The notes below the pieces were generated by a model. That model saw only the letters and a program-made list of their open reading frames with translations. It did not search any database and had not been told where the DNA came from. A stretch of DNA of 33,258 nucleotides from a virus. Taxonomy: Duplodnaviria; Caudoviricetes. The stretch is from IMG/VR virus record IMGVR_UViG_3300037048_000222, positions 1 to 33,258 of that record. One strand, written 5' to 3'. Positions 25,935 to 33,258 of the stretch are shown piece by piece. The translations under genes and the position numbers were made by a program. Numbering within the stretch: the stretch's first letter is position 1; every line of letters starts with the position of its first letter.

Positions 25935-26191
25935 ACTACCCACCCCCCTCCCGCGAGTCAGGATGGCTGCGACGCGTGGCACAGCCGAGGGGGTGGATGG
26001 GGGGGTGGCTGTAGTGCAGACCGGGCGGCTCAGGCTGTCCTTCCTGCACAACCATCGCCGCCCGGCCGTCTCGTCCAAACAGGCGGAACAGCGCTGTCTC
26101 TCCCGGCCTAGCTCCTTCCGCCTGTCTGTCCGATCCGGGTGTCCGTGACCGCAGGTGTCTGCATGGTGGTCGGGGCTTGAGCTGAGAGCCC
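25935..26191. other. GC-rich non-coding region with consecutive inverted repeats at the divergence point
   Basis: Stems CCACCCCCC/GGGGGGTGG (25940-26008), CCGGGCGGC/GCCGCCCGG (26021-26065), ACAGGCGGAA/TTCCGCCTGT (26079-26125) and GGGCT/AGCCC (26173-26191). Confidence 0.55.
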
Positions 26192-26230
26192 ACTTCTGCC
26201 CTACCCCAAGGCCGCTGCAGATACCGGGGT

Positions 26231-26247
26231 GTTGGTGCTTCGCCCTA
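26231..26247 (+). repeat. 17-bp direct repeat GTTGGTGCTTCGCCCTA, copy 1
   Basis: Identical to 26865-26881; intergenic, upstream of an RBS. Confidence 0.8.
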
Positions 26248-26296
26248 GTTTATGTAATCAGCAGATCAGCTGAGGACTGAGCTAGGAGGCTCTGGC

Positions 26297-26443
26297 ATGA
26301 AAAAGTGTTTGCGCATCATCGGTATCTTTCTGCTGGTCTTTGTGGCTGTCGCAGCAGCCGAGCATCTGGGCAGCACACAGGCGTCTTTCGGCTATATCGA
26401 GATGATTGCAGCCGTGTTTGGGCTTGCTTTTATCGCTTTGTAG
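26297..26443 (+). CDS. Small two-TM membrane protein (48 aa)
   Basis: Below the ORF-track cutoff. AGGAGG RBS; MKKCLRIIGIFLLVFVAVAAAEHLGSTQASFGYIEMIAAVFGLAFIAL. Confidence 0.7.
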   Translation: MKKCLRIIGIFLLVFVAVAAAEHLGSTQASFGYIEMIAAVFGLAFIAL

Positions 26444-26449
26444 CCATGT

Positions 26450-26538
26450 TGACGGGTAACTGAAGGGTTTGGGGAGGGAATGGGGTGCCATACAGACGGT
26501 ACCCCTCAGGCACTCCAAAAACCCTCAATTACCCGTCA
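26450..26538 (+). other. Long imperfect hairpin (~89 nt); candidate RNase III site or structured RNA
   Basis: Nested stems TGACGGGTAA/TTACCCGTCA, AGGGTTT/AAACCCT, GGAG/CTCC and GGGGTGCC/GGTACCCC. Confidence 0.7.
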
Positions 26539-26596
26539 TTTCACCTCTATTTCACCATCCACTTGGTACACAACCACACCCACAAGGATACGCACA

Positions 26597-26854
26597 ATGA
26601 CTGATCCAACTTTCTATATCGATCATCTGCCCAGTCGTGAGGAAGAAGATCCTCAATTCCGCATTCGCTTCCAGGACAACTTCTGCCTGTATGCCATAGA
26701 CGAGCTTGAGCTCATGTCTAAGAATGCCCGCTTCGCAGGTGGGGTGCTTGAGATTATCTGCGCAGAGCACGGCTGGCAGGAGATCGATGAGTGCTTCCTG
26801 TGTTCGATTTGCGAGTTTGCCAAAGGTAGTCTCTCCGTTTCCGGTATCGGATGA
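26597..26854 (+). CDS. Hypothetical acidic protein (85 aa)
   Basis: AAGGA RBS before ATG 26597; Cys cluster near the C-terminus. Confidence 0.6.
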   Translation: MTDPTFYIDHLPSREEEDPQFRIRFQDNFCLYAIDELELMSKNARFAGGVLEIICAEHGWQEIDECFLCSICEFAKGSLSVSGIG

Positions 26855-26864
26855 AGCCAGGGGA

Positions 26865-26881
26865 GTTGGTGCTTCGCCCTA
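26865..26881 (+). repeat. 17-bp direct repeat GTTGGTGCTTCGCCCTA, copy 2
   Basis: Identical to 26231-26247; followed by a TAAGGAG RBS. Confidence 0.8.
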
Positions 26882-26904
26882 CTGGGTGCATAAGGAGATT
26901 GGAT

Positions 26905-27078
26905 ATGAACGCATACAAGATGAATTGGGAAGGCTGGTATCGCTTCTCATACACACATGCAGGCACTACTGCATTCCTCACCATGCCTTATCTACAGGCC
27001 ATCACGTACTACCACACCAACAAGCCAGGCGCAGGCCCGATTGAGATCCACCGGGACGGCGCCTGGCAGCCTATATAG
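26905..27078 (+). CDS. Small hypothetical protein (57 aa)
   Basis: TAAGGAG RBS before ATG 26905. Confidence 0.6.
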   Translation: MNAYKMNWEGWYRFSYTHAGTTAFLTMPYLQAITYYHTNKPGAGPIEIHRDGAWQPI

Positions 27079-27092
27079 CACAGGAGTCCATC

Positions 27093-27512
27093 ATGAAAAC
27101 ATCACAGCTGAAAGACTTATATGCCGTCGTAGACGGTGGCTGCCTTGGCAATAACCAGAAGGACCTCTCCAAGCGCAAGGCGTATGGATCCTTCAAAGTA
27201 TTCGCTAACGGCAAGCTGGTACGCCACCAGCAGTTTGATCTGCCTGGATGCAAGACATCCTCAGAAGCCGAACTTGGCGCAGCCATCATCTTCCTCCGGT
27301 ACGTAACCGAAGATCCTTGCCGTAAGGGTCTCAAGTGGCTGGTCAAGATGGACAGCCAGTTTGCCCCGATGGCGATCAGCGGCGGGAAGCTGAGCAAGAA
27401 GTACCCGCGCCTGATCGAACTGCGTGAACAGGCGGTCGAGCTGATGGTGAGCAGCCGCTGCAAATTTGAGTACCTCAACGAGAAGGAAGTCAAAGCCATT
27501 CTCGGCCATTAG
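27093..27512 (+). CDS. RNase HI-like protein
   Basis: VVDGGCLGN, TSSEAELGA and MDSQF give the D-E-D catalytic triad pattern; AGGAG RBS. Confidence 0.8.
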   Translation: MKTSQLKDLYAVVDGGCLGNNQKDLSKRKAYGSFKVFANGKLVRHQQFDLPGCKTSSEAELGAAIIFLRYVTEDPCRKGLKWLVKMDSQFAPMAISGGKLSKKYPRLIELREQAVELMVSSRCKFEYLNEKEVKAILGH

Positions 27513-27527
27513 ATTTAGGAGTTTGAG

Positions 27528-27806
27528 ATGATTGAATTTGGTGATTTTGAAATCGCGTTTGATCAGTACCACAAGCCGCGCAATAACGCCATTCAGGTCT
27601 ACGAGGATGGGTGTCCGTTCGACAAGCCTTCCATCAATCCCGATTGCCTGCTGGAAGCGGACGAGGTAGCGATCCACCCGGCTGAGTACCATAAGCCTAC
27701 TGTAAAGGCACTGGTACAGGCTGGAGCGATCAGCAGTAAGCCGCACCGCTTTGTGATTGCCGGCTGCTACACGGTTGCCGTTCACAAGATATTGCGCACC
27801 GAATAG
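27528..27806 (+). CDS. Hypothetical protein (possibly DUF4313-like)
   Basis: AGGAG RBS; AIQVYEDGCPF...SIN...DEVAI...LVQAGAI pattern recalled from small phage proteins. Confidence 0.55.
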   Translation: MIEFGDFEIAFDQYHKPRNNAIQVYEDGCPFDKPSINPDCLLEADEVAIHPAEYHKPTVKALVQAGAISSKPHRFVIAGCYTVAVHKILRTE

Positions 27807-27815
27807 AGGAGGTGA

Positions 27816-28295
27816 TTGATGATTATTTCTGGTTCTGGACACCGTCCTCATAAACTTGGCGGTTACGACGAACGCACCTTTTCTCGCCTGGTGGAGTTGG
27901 CCGCGGCGGCTTTGAAGAAATTCCAACCCGACCAGGTGATCTCAGGCATGGCGCTGGGCTGGGATATGGCCTTGGCGCAGGCGGCCATCCAGCTCGAAGT
28001 GCCGTTCATCGCCGCCGTGCCTTTCAAAGGCCAGGAGAGCCGCTGGCCGGAAGCGTCCCAGGCACAGTACCGCAGCCTGATTGGCTTGGCCAGCGAGGTC
28101 GTCACCGTCAGCGCAGGCGGCTTCTCTACCAATAAGATGCAGCTTCGTAATATTTTCATGGCCGACCGCTCCGATATGGCGCTGGTGCTGTGGGATGGCA
28201 GCAGCGGCGGGACCGGCAATTTCGTGCGGTATGCCAGGTCCAAACCAGGCTTCCAGATGGTCAATCTCTGGAGCAGCTGGCTTCGCTTCAAGTAG
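27816..28295 (+). CDS. SLOG-superfamily YspA/DUF1273-like protein
   Basis: GSGHRP, ISGMALGWD, AAVPFKGQESRW, MQLRNIFMADRSD and WDGSSGGTGNFVRYA motifs. Confidence 0.88.
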   Translation: MMIISGSGHRPHKLGGYDERTFSRLVELAAAALKKFQPDQVISGMALGWDMALAQAAIQLEVPFIAAVPFKGQESRWPEASQAQYRSLIGLASEVVTVSAGGFSTNKMQLRNIFMADRSDMALVLWDGSSGGTGNFVRYARSKPGFQMVNLWSSWLRFK

Positions 28296-28328
28296 CAGCA
28301 CTTTCACATGCGTTTTCGATACCGGATC

Positions 28329-28366
28329 GAGCCGGGAGGTAAAAAGCCTCTCGGCTCTTTTTATTT
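28329..28366 (+). terminator. Intrinsic terminator
   Basis: Stem GAGCCGGGAGG/CCTCTCGGCTC followed by TTTTTATTT. Confidence 0.8.
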
Positions 28367-28389
28367 AATCTCTTGAAAGGACGGAACCA

Positions 28390-28881
28390 ATGGCGATCGT
28401 TTCCCCAAAATCCATGCTTGCTCTTCTGGCAGCCGTGATTGCTGCCCTGTTCCTGCTCACGCTTGCAGAATCTCCCCATTTCAGCACCACCATGGCGGCC
28501 CTTGCCGAAAATGTTTTCTTCACCAGCCGTGAGACACACGCCGATGTGATTCATGGCGCCGATGCTGCCCAGGCTCGCAACACCTGCGAGCAGCACGGTA
28601 TAAAGGGCGTATTTGTGCAGCGTCCCGATTTCAGGGTGCATTTCCTCTGCACGGATCCCTACACCAATACCAGCTACACCTGGTTGGCGGAATGGAACCG
28701 GCTGCTCGGCGAGTGGGAGGAAGTGACCGCGTATAAGCCGCTTTCAGGCGAATACAGCAAGATTGTCGAATATCTGAAAGCCACCAATAAAATCCCCGGC
28801 AAGGGCGGCGCGCATATGAATCCCGGTCAGTTGTGGGAGTACCTGGTCAAGAATGCCCCAAAAGGTTTCATTGGGCGCTAG
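28390..28881 (+). CDS. Hypothetical secreted or membrane-anchored protein
   Basis: AAGGA RBS; N-terminal hydrophobic helix MLALLAAVIAALFLLTLA; 163 aa. Confidence 0.7.
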   Translation: MAIVSPKSMLALLAAVIAALFLLTLAESPHFSTTMAALAENVFFTSRETHADVIHGADAAQARNTCEQHGIKGVFVQRPDFRVHFLCTDPYTNTSYTWLAEWNRLLGEWEEVTAYKPLSGEYSKIVEYLKATNKIPGKGGAHMNPGQLWEYLVKNAPKGFIGR

Positions 28882-28925
28882 ACACAATGGAATTTATAAA
28901 TTACAATTGGAATTCGTAAGTTATA
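28879..28925 (+). promoter_or_regulatory. Sigma70-type promoter upstream of ssb with tandem operator
   Basis: TAGACA (28879-28884), 17 bp, TACAAT (28902-28907). Operator units TGGAATT-TATA-AATTACA (28888-28905) and TGGAATT-CGTA-AGTTATA (28908-28925). Confidence 0.75.
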
Positions 28926-29248
28926 CCCGGCATGCAGCGGCCTGGAAGTTGTGCAAGGAACATGGCCTGAGTCTAAACCTGGCAGTGATCGCAGTCCACA
29001 ATGCCATGGTTGACCTGAATCTGCAGGAGCCAATTTCCCTCCAGCAGTTCTACCAGATCATTTCCTATCTCTTCCAGAAATACGGCTATGGGGCAGTCAT
29101 GCTCATGCAACCTAAGCGAGACCGCTCAAGGCGATGACAGCTGCCAGCAGCCTGTCTGAAAATGCCTGACGGCAGAAAGAAATTGAAGGGGCAAAAAAGC
29201 CCAAACCAACTTAGTTGAGGCGGCCAACCCGCCGAAGGAGAATGTTCA

Positions 29249-29641
29249 ATGGCAAAGCGTGATGCAAATCAACTGACGGTCACCGGCAATCTGGGTGGCG
29301 ATCCTGAAATGCGATTCACCCCATCCGGCAAGAACGTCACCACCTTTTCCGTAGCTTGCAATGACAGCTACACCAACAACGCCGGTGAAGCCGTGCAGGA
29401 AACCGTGTGGGTGCGGATCGAGAGCTGGGGCCGCCTGGCTGAGGTCTGCAACGAATACCTCAAGAAAGGCCGCCAGGTGCTGGTGATGGGACGCTTGAAG
29501 CCGCAGCGCACCTACACCCGCGAAGACGGGACCAAAGACAAGTCCGGCTACGAGATGCGGGCCAGCGAAGTCCATTTCATCGGCAGCAACGGCGCTCAGG
29601 TTGCTGCTGAAGAGGAAGTCGGCGAACAAATCCAGTTCTAG
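29249..29641 (+). CDS. ssb: Single-stranded DNA-binding protein
   Basis: NQLTVTGNLGGDPEMRFTPSG, WGRLAEVCNEYLKKGRQVLVMGRL and an acidic tail ending IQF. Confidence 0.95.
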   Translation: MAKRDANQLTVTGNLGGDPEMRFTPSGKNVTTFSVACNDSYTNNAGEAVQETVWVRIESWGRLAEVCNEYLKKGRQVLVMGRLKPQRTYTREDGTKDKSGYEMRASEVHFIGSNGAQVAAEEEVGEQIQF

Positions 29642-29663
29642 CCCGTTTGGGTCGTGCGTTATC

Positions 29664-29697
29664 AGCCGGTAGGTTCACAGCCTGCCGGCTTTTTTTA
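29664..29697 (+). terminator. Intrinsic terminator after ssb
   Basis: Stem AGCCGGTAGG/CCTGCCGGCT followed by a run of seven T. Confidence 0.8.
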
Positions 29698-29722
29698 TTG
29701 CCGTTTAGGAGGCGGCGTAAAT

Positions 29723-31522
29723 ATGTCTCTCTTCCCGGTTATCGAACGTTTCATTCCGCTGGACGGTGGCAAAACCGCCGGGCTGCCTTACCTGCGTGAA
29801 AAACCGCTTGCCCAGGATATCATCCCGGATGTTGTGACTTCTTCATACCCCGCGCCTTTTGTGCCTTCCAAGAACATATCCTTTGCCACAAATCCATTGG
29901 AATGGGCCAGGACCGCCCTGATCTTCAGCAATGGTTGGGAGGTGTTCGAAGCGCAATTCAACCAGATCTCCCGATCTGCCGGCGGCAATCTCGCCTTTGA
30001 AGCGCTGCTCAAGGATGTTGTAAAGGCTGAGTACGCAGCACAGGCGAAACCAGAGCTGGATCGTATGGTGGCTCGCCTGGTACACTCTGCCGGGCTGGAA
30101 CTTGAGCTGTACGAGACCACCAGTGCTGCCCAGGCCGATGCACGTAAGAAACGCCTCACATTCGATTGGCCGAAAGATGTGCGCCGCCCGGCTGAGATTT
30201 ATCGCTCCTTTGCATCCCCGCTGCGCTTCGCCAAGGCCCAGGGCTATGAAGATGCCGGCCATATCCTGATTGAGCTGGATCTGGCTCAGTCGCTGCCATT
30301 CGATGAGCTGGACCATCCCGGCTGGATCGATTCGTACACCGGCGAGATTGACCTGGAAGAAGAGCGGCCTATGGCGATCAAGGCCAGGCAGATGGTTGTC
30401 GATCCGGCTGAGATTATCATCCCGAAGCGCGGCTACTTCTTCAGAAATGGCAAGAAGGAGTATTTTGACATTACGCCTGAGATGGCCGAAGAACTGCGCA
30501 CCAACTGTGCCGCTGGGTTGAAAGCCTTAGACGGCTTCAATGCGGATGCCGATGAAGAGATCGAGTGGTATGACGAGACCGATATCAACGAGCCGGTCTG
30601 GATGAAGATGGGAACGGATCTGGTTCCGACAGATGAGGTGGCGCAGTTGAAGAAGCGTGGGCGGTCCCGCCTGGAAGCGGCTCAAAAGAAGATCGAGGAG
30701 CTGCACGATCAGGATGCCTTCCGCATCTCCAAAGAGGCTGGCAAGGTCATGGGCTGGCTGCAGGCCGAACTCGATCAACTGGTCCCGGTTCAGGATGTCG
30801 CCCTGATGTTCCTCTCGCTGCAAACCGACTTTGGCTTTGCCGAAGAGGACGCCTTGAACCTGTTTGTAGCTGAGATGGGCGAGCAGAAAGGCTGGCGCAC
30901 GCTCTCGGATTGGCTGGACCATTTCGGCGATGAATTCCTCTCGCAGTTCTTTGGCGAGGGTGGGGTGGACACCGATGAGATCCTGCACTTCCAGGCGTCC
31001 ATGAAAGCCGATGAAATGCGTGCAGATCTCCTGGATGCTTTCTCCAAGCAGACCATCCAGATGTATGCTGCCATGGGCAACGCCAGTTCGAAGGATATCA
31101 ACCAGCATCCGGCTTTCCTAAAAGGCTATTTTGAGGCCATGTGTGGGGCTAAAGATATTGCTGTGCGGGATGAAGACGGCTTTCGGAATTTGGCGGTAGA
31201 GGCTGGCTGGGACGCTTACCGGCAGGATAAGAGCAAAGAGGGCAATCTGGCTTTCTGGGCCGCTAAGAAGTCTGGGGCGGACAACAAGACCGCTATGAAG
31301 GCTTTCTGGCGCATTGCCAATGCCTCGAAGCCCACCATCGTGCAGCCTTTTGAAGGTGGGCTGAAATTATCCACAGGACGGGTCATCAGCTGGCATATCG
31401 CGAAGCTCAAGCTGGAGAAAAACGAGCTGGATATCCCCAAGGAAATGGCTCAACGCCTGCTGGTTGCGCTCAAGGGCAGGGAAGTTGGCCAGGCGATCTG
31501 GCCTTTCCTGGAAGCAATATAG
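29723..31522 (+). CDS. Large acidic hypothetical protein (599 aa)
   Basis: AGGAGG RBS before ATG 29723; long open frame; no family motif recognised. Confidence 0.8.
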   Translation: MSLFPVIERFIPLDGGKTAGLPYLREKPLAQDIIPDVVTSSYPAPFVPSKNISFATNPLEWARTALIFSNGWEVFEAQFNQISRSAGGNLAFEALLKDVVKAEYAAQAKPELDRMVARLVHSAGLELELYETTSAAQADARKKRLTFDWPKDVRRPAEIYRSFASPLRFAKAQGYEDAGHILIELDLAQSLPFDELDHPGWIDSYTGEIDLEEERPMAIKARQMVVDPAEIIIPKRGYFFRNGKKEYFDITPEMAEELRTNCAAGLKALDGFNADADEEIEWYDETDINEPVWMKMGTDLVPTDEVAQLKKRGRSRLEAAQKKIEELHDQDAFRISKEAGKVMGWLQAELDQLVPVQDVALMFLSLQTDFGFAEEDALNLFVAEMGEQKGWRTLSDWLDHFGDEFLSQFFGEGGVDTDEILHFQASMKADEMRADLLDAFSKQTIQMYAAMGNASSKDINQHPAFLKGYFEAMCGAKDIAVRDEDGFRNLAVEAGWDAYRQDKSKEGNLAFWAAKKSGADNKTAMKAFWRIANASKPTIVQPFEGGLKLSTGRVISWHIAKLKLEKNELDIPKEMAQRLLVALKGREVGQAIWPFLEAI

Positions 31523-31572
31523 AACAAGGCCCGGCTGGGGAGTGATCCCTGGTCGGGCCTTGTTTTTGTTTT
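31523..31572 (+). terminator. Intrinsic terminator at the GC-to-AT boundary
   Basis: Long stem AACAAGGCCCGGC...GTCGGGCCTTGTT followed by TTTGTTTT. Confidence 0.85.
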
Positions 31573-31825
31573 CGATATCGGAAAGGATTTATTTTGATTC
31601 AAGCTATGTACATTTTGTTCTACTAATGTTGGAAATCTCTTTTAGGTTTAGTCATCACTACTTCCTATTCGCTTTTTGCCAACGATATAGAATCAAAAAC
31701 TGAAGTAGTGAACAAACATTACAAATGACACATGACACTGGATGTAATTTATATAATAATAATTATGAGGGGGTTATGCTCCTTCAACCTCCAACTTTAT
31801 ATGCACCTCAAAGATACACATATAA

Positions 31826-32893
31826 ATGAAAAACAAGAGTTTATTCATCCCGCTATTCCTATCTCTGTTCTTTGTTTCTCTCCTCCTGCATGCTTGTGCG
31901 GAGACCCCACAAATCGACATAACAATAACACCAACAGAATCAATCACAATGGTTTCCAATCAACGAACTTGTCCTGAGCAGATAGAAATTAATCAAGTAG
32001 AATACCAAAATGATCCCATGTTGGTAATAATTCTGATTGAAAATAGTAAAAAATCCGAAAGTAATATACCTGACGTTCTCAACCAGATAAAAGAACTTGC
32101 ACAATTGGGGTTTAAGCCAGGAGACAGACTGTTAGTGGCTCTGATGGGTAGTATAAAATTAGAGGATGCAGTAATTTTGGATACCAGAGTTGATAGGGTA
32201 GCAACACCTGACATAACTCCCCCTCCGATTAAACCATTAATCACTATAGAAATAAACGATTTATATTCGGGTTTTGAAGTTAATGATAATGAACAAGATG
32301 AAGATATCCCGTTTTTAGTTAAAACAAAACAAGCACGTGACGCTGATTCAGAACTTCAAGAAACCCAGAAAATGTTGGTATTAACTCAAGAAGCCGGTTA
32401 TAAGCAAGCAACAGCTACTGTAAACGAATATAATTGCAAATATGAAGAATGGAAAGCGGAATACAACACTACAATAGCTGCATGGAATGAGGAAAAACAA
32501 GTAGCGATTAAAAAATTTGCTCAGAATGTGGAAGAAAATTTAGATAATGCGGTTATCAACACCTACCTCGATGAAGTATATATTTATGAAGCTCTTTCGA
32601 ATGCAACGAGCTTATTTCACAATGAATGTACCAGTGATAAATTCACTAATTGTTCACTCATAATTTTCTCCAACTCTCATGATTGGAGAAAGAAACCACC
32701 CGAAGACTTATATATAAATTTTTCGAATATAAACGCACTTTTAGTAATCTCCAAATGTAAGTACACATTCCAAGACAGTTGCAAGCCATTGGTTGAATTC
32801 TGGCAAAATAATTTAACCAGTTTTGGTATCGAGCATTTTAAATTGACTAATGAATGGGATACTCATAATTACACAACATTTCTCGGGAGGTAA
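31826..32893 (+). CDS. Putative lipoprotein (possible degenerate vWA-like fold with coiled-coil insert)
   Basis: Signal peptide with lipobox LHAC; LVIILIENS and SLIIFSN strands; AT-rich. Confidence 0.7.
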   Translation: MKNKSLFIPLFLSLFFVSLLLHACAETPQIDITITPTESITMVSNQRTCPEQIEINQVEYQNDPMLVIILIENSKKSESNIPDVLNQIKELAQLGFKPGDRLLVALMGSIKLEDAVILDTRVDRVATPDITPPPIKPLITIEINDLYSGFEVNDNEQDEDIPFLVKTKQARDADSELQETQKMLVLTQEAGYKQATATVNEYNCKYEEWKAEYNTTIAAWNEEKQVAIKKFAQNVEENLDNAVINTYLDEVYIYEALSNATSLFHNECTSDKFTNCSLIIFSNSHDWRKKPPEDLYINFSNINALLVISKCKYTFQDSCKPLVEFWQNNLTSFGIEHFKLTNEWDTHNYTTFLGR

Positions 32894-32895
32894 AA

Positions 32896-33258
32896 ATGGC
32901 TAACGAAGTTTTCCTTTTTATAGAAACGCAAGGTGTAAAAGTAATAATTGCTATTTGGTTAATATTAGCTATCAGCAATCGAAGTAAGAGGAATATATTA
33001 GGAGAAAGATTAGAAAATATTTTGAAGCAGCCGATACTACCGACATTTAGCGAACAAGATAGTACAGCAATTATAAACAATACAGAGCTCGAAGTTATGG
33101 CTAAGAATGTGTACCATAAAGCTGTAGACCCATTAATCAAATTGGATGAAAGTTTAAAAGAAGGGATCAAGAATCAATTTACTGGGATGAGAAAGGAAAT
33201 GGAAAAGCCCGGTAAAGGTTATGGATATATATTACAGTTTATATTGTTGTCACTTTTT
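32896..33258 (+). CDS. Membrane protein, partial (runs off right edge)
   Basis: GGAGG RBS, ATG 32896, open to the window end; hydrophobic segments VIIAIWLILAI and YILQFILLSLF. Confidence 0.65.
   Translation, partial: MANEVFLFIETQGVKVIIAIWLILAISNRSKRNILGERLENILKQPILPTFSEQDSTAIINNTELEVMAKNVYHKAVDPLIKLDESLKEGIKNQFTGMRKEMEKPGKGYGYILQFILLSLF

Larger units (their letters stand above)
2979..31572. mobile_element. Prophage or phage-derived element (siphovirus-type head and tail, lysis and early genes); minimum extent
   Basis: Terminase, portal, capsid, tail, holin, endolysin and SSB genes in a GC-rich block. True ends may extend left to the tRNA (~505) and right beyond the window. Confidence 0.9.

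Noticed and set aside
25800-26300. Canonical SOS box (GAAC-N4-GTTC) near the promoters
   Set aside because: None found by eye; the operator present has different half-sites and spacing.
27798-27812. ACCGAATAGAGGAGG similar to the motif after the DUF2292-like gene
   Set aside because: Explained by a stop codon plus RBS; no hairpin or terminator follows.
28853-29137. 94-aa ORF between the secreted-protein gene and ssb
   Set aside because: Its 5' part overlaps the previous gene and the promoter/operator, and it has no clear RBS. A shorter product is possible but unsupported.
30530-30560. FNADADEE in the 599-aa protein resembles the RNA polymerase NADFDGD motif
   Set aside because: Lacks the DxDGD pattern and lies in a generally acidic stretch; no other polymerase motifs seen.
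1-33258. CRISPR array, reverse transcriptase/DGR, tail sheath, integrase
   Set aside because: No regularly spaced repeats, RT motif, template/variable repeat pair, sheath-sized gene or recombinase motif seen in the window.

Overview
Most of this window (about 2.9-31.6 kb, GC-rich) is a siphovirus-like prophage or phage-derived element. It lies beside a partial host-type Hsp20 gene and a tRNA-Arg(UCU) at the left edge, and has AT-rich accessory genes on both sides, including a HEPN-motif protein and two lipoproteins. One tightly coupled minus-strand arm (25800 to 2979) encodes, in order: holin, PD-(D/E)xK-like protein, HNH endonuclease, M23+SH3 endolysin, LexA-type HTH protein, large terminase, Cys-rich protein, DUF2292-like protein, portal, scaffold, N4-gp56-type capsid, adaptor, tail completion protein, major tail protein, a tail chaperone with a -1 frameshift, a ~2240-aa tape-measure-like protein and tail-tip proteins. 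A divergent plus-strand arm encodes small proteins, an RNase H-like protein, a YspA/SLOG-like protein, SSB and a 599-aa unknown. I see no integrase, helicase/primase/polymerase or recognisable small terminase, but the element may continue past the right edge. The most notable signal is regulatory. Three sigma70-type promoters each carry the same tandem 18-bp palindromic operator (TGGAATT-N4-AATTCCA). One of them drives a tandem DUF2292-like gene whose stop codon runs into a short RNA motif and an intrinsic terminator placed directly in front of all head and tail genes, which suggests a repressor-plus-antiterminator switch. All protein family calls come from motif recognition by eye; no database searches were run.
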